DNA from: Thermoanaerobaculia bacterium
GTDB taxonomy: Bacteria > Acidobacteriota > Thermoanaerobaculia > Multivoradales > JAGPDF01
Reading direction: 5' to 3'
Assembly: GCA_018057705.1 (NCBI GenBank)
Contig: JAGPDF010000004.1
Location: 12,140 to 76,139 of the forward strand
Length of the DNA stretch: 64,000 nucleotides
The notes beneath the pieces were generated by a model that saw only the letters and a list, made by a program, of their open reading frames with translations, did not search any database and was not told the DNA's origin. The stretch's first letter is position 1, and every line of letters starts with the position of its first letter. The position numbers and the translations under genes were made by a program. Below, piece after piece: positions 29,752-37,505 of the stretch.

Positions 29752-30081
29752 ATGTTTGAGACGACCGTCATCGGCAACGTCACCACGCTCGTAGCGCCGA
29801 GTGAGCTCGACGCGCGCAACTCGACCGCTGCCCGCGATCACCTGAAGCGCCTCGTCGAAGGAGGCGCCAACCGCCTGGTCATCGACCTGTCGGGCGTTTC
29901 GTTCATCGACTCCTCGGCGCTCGGAGCGCTGCTCACCGTGCTCAAGGCGGCGCGAGCCGCCGGTGGCGACGTCAAGCTCTGCGGCATGACACCGCCAGTC
30001 AAGACGATCTTCGAGCTGACGCGGCTGTTCCGGGTGTTCGACGTCTTCCCGTCAGCGGAAGCCGCGGCGGCGAGCTTCTGA
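29752..30081 (+). CDS. STAS-domain anti-sigma-factor antagonist (SpoIIAA/RsbV-like)
   Basis: 'LVIDLSGVSFIDSSALGALLTVLKAARAAGGDVKLCGMTPPVKTIFELTRL'; conserved phosphorylatable Ser in 'FIDSSALG'; RBS agggagag before the ATG. Confidence 0.8.
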   Translation: MFETTVIGNVTTLVAPSELDARNSTAARDHLKRLVEGGANRLVIDLSGVSFIDSSALGALLTVLKAARAAGGDVKLCGMTPPVKTIFELTRLFRVFDVFPSAEAAAASF

Positions 30082-30109
30082 TTCCGGATCCACGCCACAG
30101 CGCCGCCCC

Positions 30110-31456
30110 ATGAACAAGCTGGTCGTCGCGAGCACGCTGCTCGCGGCCGGCGCTCTCACGCTGGCCGCTGCCGCCGCTGCGTGGCCCGCGATGCGGCGCT
30201 ATCTCCTGTGCGCCTACTTCGTCGGTTCCGCGAACCTGTTCGACGTCAACTTCGTCTCTCACGAGCAGTACCGCGGCTGGGTTCGGGGCTTCGAGATCGG
30301 CAGCCAGGACGTGCTCGTATTCGCCCTGCTGGTGAGCGTCCTCGCGGGCGCAGCGCGCCATCCCCTGCGACTGCTGCCGGCGCTCGCGCTGCCCATCCTC
30401 GCCTGGCTGGCTCTGGCGCTGCTCTCCGCAGTCACCGCCGAAGTCCCGCTCTATGCCGCATTTGGTCTGCTCAAGTTGGCGCGCTACACGATCGCCTTCT
30501 GGGTGATCGCCAACGCCGTGCGCGACGAGGGCGACCTGCGGTGGCTGCTCTGGACTTTCGTCGCCTGCGCCGGCTGGGAGAGCTTCGACGCGGTGAAGGA
30601 CTACTTCAAGGGCACGTACCGCGTGCGCGGGTCGTTCGATCACCCCAACACTCTGGGCATGTATCTGAACATGCTGGTGCCCTTCGTCCTCGCGGCGCTG
30701 CTCAATCTGCGCACCCGCTGGACGGCGCTGCTGTTCGGCGTCTTCGGCCTCGCGGCCGGCGCAATCGTCCTGACGCTGTCGCGCGGTTCCTGGGTTTCGC
30801 TCGGGCTCGCGATCGCGCTCGTCCTGCCGATCTCGCTGGTACTCCGGCTCCGTCCGCGCAAGCTGGGGCTCCTGGCGCTGATGTTCCTCCTCGCGCTACC
30901 GCCCGGTATCTTCGCCGCGCAGAAGATGGCGCGCCGCATCCGCGAAGCGCCGGCTTCCTCGGGCGAGGCGCGGGTCGAGTTCAACCAGGTGGCGCGACAG
31001 ATGGCGCACGACCGCGCCTTCGGCATCGGACTGAACAACTTCTCCTTCGGTACCGATGGTCCCTACTCCGAGCCGTTCGAAGGGGGACTCGACCGCGGCG
31101 GTCTCTGCCACAACCTGTACTTCCTCTCCGCGGGCGAGCTCGGGTGGGGAGGTCTGGGGGCGCTGCTCCTCGTCTTCGCGACCGCGTTCGGGCGCAGCGC
31201 GCGATTTCTCGCCCGCAACCTCGGCGAAGACCTGCGCAGCGTCATGATGCTCGCTCTGCTCGCCAGCCTCGCGACCGTGGCTCTGCAGTCCACCCTGGAG
31301 TGGGCGCTGCTGCAGACCGGTCTCGCCACCACGTTCTTCGGCCTGCTCGCGCTCGTCCCGGCGATCGAGCGCCTGCGCGCCGGTTCGCGAGTCACCCGAT
31401 ACCGGGTGTCGATCAGAACACCCGCCGCGGCAGGAGCCTTCGCGCATGGAGCCTGA
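30110..31456 (+). CDS. O-antigen ligase / Wzy-type polymerase family membrane protein
   Basis: About 11 TM helices; Wzy_C-type loop 'GSFDHPNTLGMYLNMLVPF' and 'CHNLYFLSAGELGWGGL'. Confidence 0.75.
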   Translation: MNKLVVASTLLAAGALTLAAAAAAWPAMRRYLLCAYFVGSANLFDVNFVSHEQYRGWVRGFEIGSQDVLVFALLVSVLAGAARHPLRLLPALALPILAWLALALLSAVTAEVPLYAAFGLLKLARYTIAFWVIANAVRDEGDLRWLLWTFVACAGWESFDAVKDYFKGTYRVRGSFDHPNTLGMYLNMLVPFVLAALLNLRTRWTALLFGVFGLAAGAIVLTLSRGSWVSLGLAIALVLPISLVLRLRPRKLGLLALMFLLALPPGIFAAQKMARRIREAPASSGEARVEFNQVARQMAHDRAFGIGLNNFSFGTDGPYSEPFEGGLDRGGLCHNLYFLSAGELGWGGLGALLLVFATAFGRSARFLARNLGEDLRSVMMLALLASLATVALQSTLEWALLQTGLATTFFGLLALVPAIERLRAGSRVTRYRVSIRTPAAAGAFAHGA

Positions 31457-32300
31457 AGTCCTGGTCGTGATGCGCTGCCTGAACGACGCCTGGATCGTCG
31501 GTAGAACCCTGGACGCCGTCTTCGACCAGCGTGGAGTCCGGCCTCGGGTCGTCGCCATCGATTCGGGATCGCGCGACGGCTCGATCGAGATCCTGAAGGG
31601 TCATCCCCTGACGCTGATCGAGATCCCGCCGGGAACCTACATTCCCGGACGCGTGCTCAACCTCGGAATGCGTCAAGGTCCCCAACCGATCGTGGCCTTC
31701 CTCAACTCGGACTGCACGCCGCAGCACGATCGATGGCTCGAGCGGCTGGTGGCTCCGTTTTCCGATGGCCGGGTCGCCGCGACCTACGGCCGCCAGGTCG
31801 CGCGGCCGGACGCCCACCCCCTGGTGGTGCTCGACTACGAGCGCGCCTTCGGCGACGGAAGCCAGGCCGCGACGTGGCGTCACTTCTTTTCGATGGCCTC
31901 CTCCGCGGTACGGCGCAGCGTCTGGGAGGCGAGCCCATTCGACGAAGCGATCCGCTATTCTGAGGACGTGCACTGGAGCTGGCACCGCCGGCAGGAGGGC
32001 TGGCGGATCGCCTATGCCGGCGACTCGATCGCCATGCACTCGCACAACTACACCCTGGCCGAGATGCGCAAGCGCTACGCTGGTGAGGGGCGCGCTGACT
32101 CCGCCATATTTCCGCGGGACACGCACGCTACGGGCCTCCTGAGCGGACTGCTGCGCCCCTGGGCCGCAGCCGTCGTCCGCGATGTCGCAGCCTGCCTTCG
32201 CGCCGGCGAGGCCGCCGCCGCCTTCGCCTCGCCGCTGCACCGCTGGGTGCAGCGGGCGAGCTACCGGAGTGGACTTCGCGAAGGACTTGCGGATGAGTGA
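31446..32300 (+). CDS. GT2 glycosyltransferase
   Basis: 'VLVVMRCLNDAWIVGRTLDAV...RVVAIDSGSRDGS...FLNSDCTP' (DxD-type motif). Confidence 0.8.
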   Translation: MEPEVLVVMRCLNDAWIVGRTLDAVFDQRGVRPRVVAIDSGSRDGSIEILKGHPLTLIEIPPGTYIPGRVLNLGMRQGPQPIVAFLNSDCTPQHDRWLERLVAPFSDGRVAATYGRQVARPDAHPLVVLDYERAFGDGSQAATWRHFFSMASSAVRRSVWEASPFDEAIRYSEDVHWSWHRRQEGWRIAYAGDSIAMHSHNYTLAEMRKRYAGEGRADSAIFPRDTHATGLLSGLLRPWAAAVVRDVAACLRAGEAAAAFASPLHRWVQRASYRSGLREGLADE

Positions 32301-33390
32301 CTTGCGTCCATTCAGCGCTCTCGCCGAGCCGGAGCTCGAGCGACGCGTCGCGCGGGATCTCGAACTGCTGCGCTGCGCCGTTGCAGCCGAGCTCGGATCC
32401 GACTGTAGCGCCCTGCTCCTCGGCGGCGGATATGGCCGCGGTGAAGGTGGTGGCGAGCGCGACGCCACAGGGGCCTGGCAGCCGCTCAACGATTACGATC
32501 TCGTCGCTCTGGTGCAAGGCGTCCCGCGATTCCGGCTCGCTGCGCTGCGCCGCCGCCTCGATGCGCTCGCCAGGGACTGGGAGCGCGAACTGGCAATCGA
32601 GGTCGAGCTCTCGCCGCTACGCAGCGAAGAGCTCCCCCACCTGCCGTTCACGATGATGTGGTGCGAGATGTTGGCCGAGCCGCGCCTGCTCCATGGCAGA
32701 AAGGAGGCTCTCGCGCGCGCCAGGCCGCTGCCGCCCGCTCAACTGCCCGCCATCGAAGGGTTGCGCTACCTGGCCAATCGCGCGGCTCTCCTGCTCTGGG
32801 CCAGGCTCGAGCCGCTGCCGCCCACCCGAGTCTGGAAGTTCGTCGGCAAGGCTTGGCTTGCCTGCGGCGCCGCGACGCTCATCGCTCGCCACCGGTTCGC
32901 GGTCGGCTACACAGCCCGGCAGAGCCTGCTCGACGGACTGGACGCCTCCGATCTGCCGCCAGTGCCGACACTCGTCGCCAGACACAGGCGCGCGCTCGAG
33001 GAGAGGCTGCGGCCGACTCCGCCTCCCGCGGACCTCGAAAGTGAGGTCGACTGCGCCATCGACGCCGTCCTCGGCTGCTGGCGCTGGGCCGAGACTCTCC
33101 GCCTGGAGTGGGCAGCGCCCTCCTGGGAGACTTATGCCGGGCGGCCCGGGCTCTTCCGCGAGGCCAACTACCGCCGGCCGGAGCTCGTTCTGCGCCATCT
33201 CCGCTGGCTCGGGCGGCGCGGGCTCTCGCCGTGGGCGGCCACCGGCGAGCATCCGCGGGCACGCCTCCTGCGCGCGCTTCCTGCTGCTCTCGCCCGCGAG
33301 GTCTCACCCGCCGCGGAGAGGCTGGTCGGAGGCCCTGCGTCGCGGCTGGCAGAGCGCTGCCTCGAGCTGTGGCGGCAGGTGCAGGCGTGA
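32293..33390 (+). CDS. Uncharacterised Pol-beta-superfamily nucleotidyltransferase-fold protein with a ~250-aa helical C-terminal domain
   Basis: Minimal NTase signature 'LLLGGGYGRGEGGGERDATGAWQPLNDYDLVALV' (hG[GS]x..GE..x..D[IY]DL), third acidic residue candidate in 'ELAIEVEL'. No recognisable family for the C-terminal domain. Confidence 0.55.
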   Translation: MSDLRPFSALAEPELERRVARDLELLRCAVAAELGSDCSALLLGGGYGRGEGGGERDATGAWQPLNDYDLVALVQGVPRFRLAALRRRLDALARDWERELAIEVELSPLRSEELPHLPFTMMWCEMLAEPRLLHGRKEALARARPLPPAQLPAIEGLRYLANRAALLLWARLEPLPPTRVWKFVGKAWLACGAATLIARHRFAVGYTARQSLLDGLDASDLPPVPTLVARHRRALEERLRPTPPPADLESEVDCAIDAVLGCWRWAETLRLEWAAPSWETYAGRPGLFREANYRRPELVLRHLRWLGRRGLSPWAATGEHPRARLLRALPAALAREVSPAAERLVGGPASRLAERCLELWRQVQA

Positions 33391-33403
33391 GGAGGGATGG
33401 ATC

Positions 33404-35098
33404 GTGAACCCGAAGCGCCCGACGAGAATCCTCCTCGCCGAGGATCAGCGCCTGCAGGCGCGCATGATTCTCGCAGTCATCGAAGCCCTCGGCCTCGAAC
33501 CCGTGCTCGCCGGCGACGGCGAAACGGCCTGGAGAATCCTCTCCAGCGACGACCCGCCACCGGTGGCCCTGCTCGACTGGATGATGCCGGAGCTCTCTGG
33601 AGTCGAAGTCTGCCGGCGACTCCTCGACCATCCCCGGCGCAGCTCGATCTACCTGATCCTGCTCACCGCGCGCGATACGACCGAGGACATCGTGGCGGGG
33701 CTCGAGGCCGGCGCCAACGACTTCGTCACCAAGCCGTTCGAACCGCGCGAGCTGCTGGCGCGAATCCAGGTCGGGCTGCGGGTCGTAGCGCTCGAGCGCG
33801 AGCTGGCAGATCGCATGGGGGAGCTCGAACGCGCTCTGGAGGAGCGCGCCGCTGCCGAGAAGCGTCTGCGCGAGGCGCGCGCGCGCGAGGTCGAGGTTGC
33901 CGATCGCATTCAGCAGACTCTCCTGCTCGGCGCTCCGCCGGAGTTCCCGGGCCTTGAGACCGCCGCTCTGTCGGCTGCCTCCGAGGGCGTCGACGGCGAC
34001 TTCTACGACTTCATCTCGCATGGCGACGACTTGCTCGATGTGGTCGTCGGAGACGTCATGGGCAAAGGTCTTCCTGCCGCGCTGGTCGCGGCCGCGATCA
34101 AGGCCGAGATACTGCGTGTCCTCGCTCGCCGCGGCTCGACCAGCAGCGAGACCGCCGCTCTGCCCTCGCCCGCGGCACTCCTCGACGCCGTGGCGCGCGC
34201 GCTGGCACCCCGGCTCTCCGACCTCGAACGCTTCGCGACACTGGTGCTCGCGCGCTTCGACCTCGGCGCCGGTCGCCTGACGCTCGTCGACGCCGGCCAC
34301 ACCGCGACGATCCTCGTACGCGCCGCCGCCACGGAGCCCGAGGAGCTGCCGGGCCTCGATCCCCCCCTCGGCATCTCGGACGACCCTCGATTCCGTGAGG
34401 TTTCCACGACGATCGCGAACGGGGACCTGGTCGTCTTCTATTCCGACGGACTGACCGAAGCCCGCAATCCGCAGGGCGAGCTCTTCGGCGTCGCGCGGTT
34501 GCGCACCCTGGTGGGCGAGGAACGTGCCGCCAGCCCGAGGAGGATCGTCGACGCCATGCACGCCGCCGTCCGCACATTCGTCGGTAGCGCTCCGATCAGC
34601 GACGATCTGACCTGTGTCGCGGTGCGGATCCACGGCCGGGCAAGATCCGGATCGCACGCCACCGCGCTCGACCTGACCGCCAATCTCGACGAGCTGCCGC
34701 GCCTTCGCGCCATGATCACCAGCGCCGCGGCTGGCCCGCCGGCAAGCCTCGACGAAACCCGCTTGCGCGCCCTCGTCCTCGCTGTCAACGAGGCTTTCGT
34801 CAACATCGTCCGTCACGCAGTCCCGGGACGGACGGACGCACGCATTCGGCTCGAGACCATCGTCGATTCAGAGCGCGTCGAGGTCAGCCTGGTCCACGAT
34901 GGTATCGCCTTCGACCCGGCGACAGCCCCGACGCCCGACTTCGAGGGCGGCCGCGCCAGCGGCTTCGGCGTCTACCTGATCGCCTCGAGCGTCGACGAGG
35001 TGCGCTATGAGAACGACCCTGGTAGCAGAAGAGTGCGACTGACGACGTTCGTACGGCGAGCGGCACCGATCTCAGAAACCGAGGGTGGCGATGGGTGA
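33404..35098 (+). CDS. Three-domain signalling protein: receiver (REC) - PP2C/SpoIIE phosphatase - GHKL anti-sigma-factor kinase (RsbW-like) domain
   Basis: REC 'TRILLAEDQRLQARMIL...ALLDWMMPELSGVEV...LILLTARDT'; PP2C 'GDFYDFISHGDDLLDVVVGDVMGKGLPAALVAAA...VFYSDGLTEAR'; C-terminal 'NEAFVNIVRHAVPG...GFGVYLIASSVDEVRY' (HATPase_c N-box). GTG start with RBS ggaggg. Confidence 0.8.
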   Translation: MNPKRPTRILLAEDQRLQARMILAVIEALGLEPVLAGDGETAWRILSSDDPPPVALLDWMMPELSGVEVCRRLLDHPRRSSIYLILLTARDTTEDIVAGLEAGANDFVTKPFEPRELLARIQVGLRVVALERELADRMGELERALEERAAAEKRLREARAREVEVADRIQQTLLLGAPPEFPGLETAALSAASEGVDGDFYDFISHGDDLLDVVVGDVMGKGLPAALVAAAIKAEILRVLARRGSTSSETAALPSPAALLDAVARALAPRLSDLERFATLVLARFDLGAGRLTLVDAGHTATILVRAAATEPEELPGLDPPLGISDDPRFREVSTTIANGDLVVFYSDGLTEARNPQGELFGVARLRTLVGEERAASPRRIVDAMHAAVRTFVGSAPISDDLTCVAVRIHGRARSGSHATALDLTANLDELPRLRAMITSAAAGPPASLDETRLRALVLAVNEAFVNIVRHAVPGRTDARIRLETIVDSERVEVSLVHDGIAFDPATAPTPDFEGGRASGFGVYLIASSVDEVRYENDPGSRRVRLTTFVRRAAPISETEGGDG

Positions 35099-37505
35099 TT
35101 TCAAGGGCTTCCAGGGCGACGTCCTGCGGCACGCCAGAAGCTCGCTCGGCCAGGAGCCGAGCGAGCTCTCGAACGGCGAGTGGTTTCGCGCCGTTGCGCT
35201 CGCCGCTCGTGACCGCCTGCTCGAAGGCCGCCTCCAGACCGAGAAGCGCTACCGGGCAACTCGACGCAAGCGCGTCTACTACCTCTCCATGGAGTTCCTG
35301 GTCGGCCGGCTCCTCGAAGAGTCGCTGATCAACCTCGGCCTGCTCGACGACGCTCGCAGGGCGCTCGACCCGCTGGGGGTGGACTTCGACGCGATCCTGC
35401 GCGCCGAGCCCGACGCTGCGCTGGGCAACGGCGGTCTCGGCCGCTTGGCGGCCTGCTTTCTCGAGTCGATGGCCACCTTGGGCATTGCCGGATTCGGCTA
35501 CGGCATCCTCTACGAGTTCGGTATCTTCCGTCAGGCGATCGTCGATGGCGCTCAGCGCGAGCGCCCCGATCAGTGGCTCCGCTTCGGCTCACCTTGGCTG
35601 GTCGAGCGGCCGGACGAATCCTGCCTGGTGCCACTCTATGGCCGGGTCGAGGGCGGCAGCGACTCGCGCGGCGCCTACAATCCGCTCTGGCTCGACTGGC
35701 GCCTGCTCGTCGGAGTGCCTCACGATCTGCCGGTGGCGGGCTTCGGCGGCGAGACGGTGAACAGCCTCCGCCTGTTCTCCGCCCGTGCCTCTGACCAGTT
35801 CGATATGGACGTCTTCAACGAGGGCGACTACCTCCGGGCCGTCGAGGGCAAGATCGCGGCCGAGACCGTCTCCAAGGTGCTCTATCCCTCCGACAGCTTC
35901 GAGGCCGGGCGGGAGCTGCGCCTCGTGCAGGAGATCTTCCTCGTCTGCTGCGCGCTGCGCGACGCGCTGCGACGCGACCTGGCCAGCGGCGGTGCGCCGG
36001 CGAGTCTCGCCGATCGCGTCGCGATCCAGCTCAACGACACCCATCCGGCATTCGCGGTCGTCGAGTTGATGCGCCTGCTCGTCGACGAGCGCGAAGAGCC
36101 CTGGGAGCGGGCTTGGGCGACCACCCAGGCGGTACTCGCCTATACCAATCACACGTTGATGGCCGAAGCTCTGGAGCGATGGCCGGTCGCGCTCGTGGAA
36201 CGGGTCGCGCCGCGGCATCTCGAGATCCTCTACGAGATCAATCGCCGCTTTCTCGAGGACGTCGCAGCCCGCTGGCCGGGGGATGTCGGCCGCCTCGCGC
36301 GGATGTCGATCGTCGAAGAGCAGCCTGTCCGTCAGGTACGAATGGCGAATCTCGCGATCGTCGGCAGCCATTCGGTCAACGGCGTCGCGCGGTTGCACTC
36401 GCAGCTCGTCCGAGACGAGCTGGTGCCCGACTTCGTCGCGCTTTGGCCCGAGCGGTTCAACAACAAGACCAACGGAGTGAGCTTCCGCCGCTGGCTGCTG
36501 GTCGCCAACCCCGCCCTCTCGGCGCTCATCTGCGAGGCAATCGGCGAAGCCTGGATCAAGGATGGTTCTGAGCTCCGGCGGCTGGCTCCATTCGCGGACG
36601 AGGACGCCTTCCTCGAGCGGACACAGCTCGTCAAGGCAGGCAACAAGCGCCGCCTTTCCGCTCAACTCGCGACCCTGCCCGGTCCCCGCCTCGACCCCGA
36701 GCGACTGCTCGACGTCCAGGTCAAGCGGATCCACGAGTACAAGCGGCAACTACTCAACGTACTCTGTGTGCTCGACGAGTATCTGACGCTGATCGAGGAC
36801 GGGGTCCCGCCGCCGGCGCCGCGCTCGATTCTGATCGCCGGCAAGGCCGCCCCGGGCTACGCTCTCGCCAAGCAGATCATCCGCCTGGCGCACGCCGTGG
36901 CCGCCCTGCTGGCGGGCGATCCGCGCGCACGACCTTGGCTGGAGCTCGTCTTCGTCCCCGACTATCGGGTGACGCTCGCCGAGACGATCATTCCGGCCGG
37001 GGAGCTCTCGGAACAGATCTCGACGGCGGGAACCGAGGCCTCGGGCACCAGCAACATGAAGTTCGCCCTCAACGGAGCTCTCACCATCGGCACGCTCGAC
37101 GGCGCCACCGTCGAGATGAGCGAGGCGATCGGCGCCGAGAATCTCTTTCTCTTCGGACTGCGCTCCGAGGAGATCGCAGCACATCGCCGCATCGGCAGCT
37201 ACCGTCCACGCGAGCTCTACCGAAAGGACCCGGGCATTCGTCGGACTCTCGACACACTCGCCAGCCCGGCGATCGCCGGTGGCGAATTCGCCTGGCTGCG
37301 TGACCGTCTGCTCGATGACGACGCCTACTTCCTTCTCGCCGATTGGGCCGCCTACCGTGACGCACGGCGCAGCGCGGGCCTCGCATGGCTGGATCGTCGC
37401 GCTTGGACTCGCAAGGCGGTTCTCGGCATCGCCAGCATGGGCTACTTCTCGAGTGATCGCGCGATCGCCGAGTACGCCGCGGGGATCTGGGGTGTCGATC
37501 CGTGA
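35091..37505 (+). CDS. glgP: Glycogen/alpha-glucan phosphorylase
   Basis: 'YYLSMEFLVGRLLEESL', 'NGGLGRLAACFLESMATLG', PLP-lysine region 'EASGTSNMKFALNGALTIGTLDGATVEM'. The start overlaps the upstream stop (ATGGGTGA). Confidence 0.9.
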   Translation: MGDFKGFQGDVLRHARSSLGQEPSELSNGEWFRAVALAARDRLLEGRLQTEKRYRATRRKRVYYLSMEFLVGRLLEESLINLGLLDDARRALDPLGVDFDAILRAEPDAALGNGGLGRLAACFLESMATLGIAGFGYGILYEFGIFRQAIVDGAQRERPDQWLRFGSPWLVERPDESCLVPLYGRVEGGSDSRGAYNPLWLDWRLLVGVPHDLPVAGFGGETVNSLRLFSARASDQFDMDVFNEGDYLRAVEGKIAAETVSKVLYPSDSFEAGRELRLVQEIFLVCCALRDALRRDLASGGAPASLADRVAIQLNDTHPAFAVVELMRLLVDEREEPWERAWATTQAVLAYTNHTLMAEALERWPVALVERVAPRHLEILYEINRRFLEDVAARWPGDVGRLARMSIVEEQPVRQVRMANLAIVGSHSVNGVARLHSQLVRDELVPDFVALWPERFNNKTNGVSFRRWLLVANPALSALICEAIGEAWIKDGSELRRLAPFADEDAFLERTQLVKAGNKRRLSAQLATLPGPRLDPERLLDVQVKRIHEYKRQLLNVLCVLDEYLTLIEDGVPPPAPRSILIAGKAAPGYALAKQIIRLAHAVAALLAGDPRARPWLELVFVPDYRVTLAETIIPAGELSEQISTAGTEASGTSNMKFALNGALTIGTLDGATVEMSEAIGAENLFLFGLRSEEIAAHRRIGSYRPRELYRKDPGIRRTLDTLASPAIAGGEFAWLRDRLLDDDAYFLLADWAAYRDARRSAGLAWLDRRAWTRKAVLGIASMGYFSSDRAIAEYAAGIWGVDP

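Noticed and set aside
32293-33390. Possibility that the NTase is a CBASS-type cGAS/DncV-like enzyme (an antiphage signalling system)
   Set aside because: No effector gene (phospholipase, nuclease, TM or TIR) and no Cap2/Cap3-like ancillary genes are adjacent. The neighbours are glycosyltransferases and a PP2C/kinase protein, and the GS motif variant (GGYGRGE) is generic to the Pol-beta superfamily. It is kept as an uncharacterised NTase finding rather than a defence-system call.
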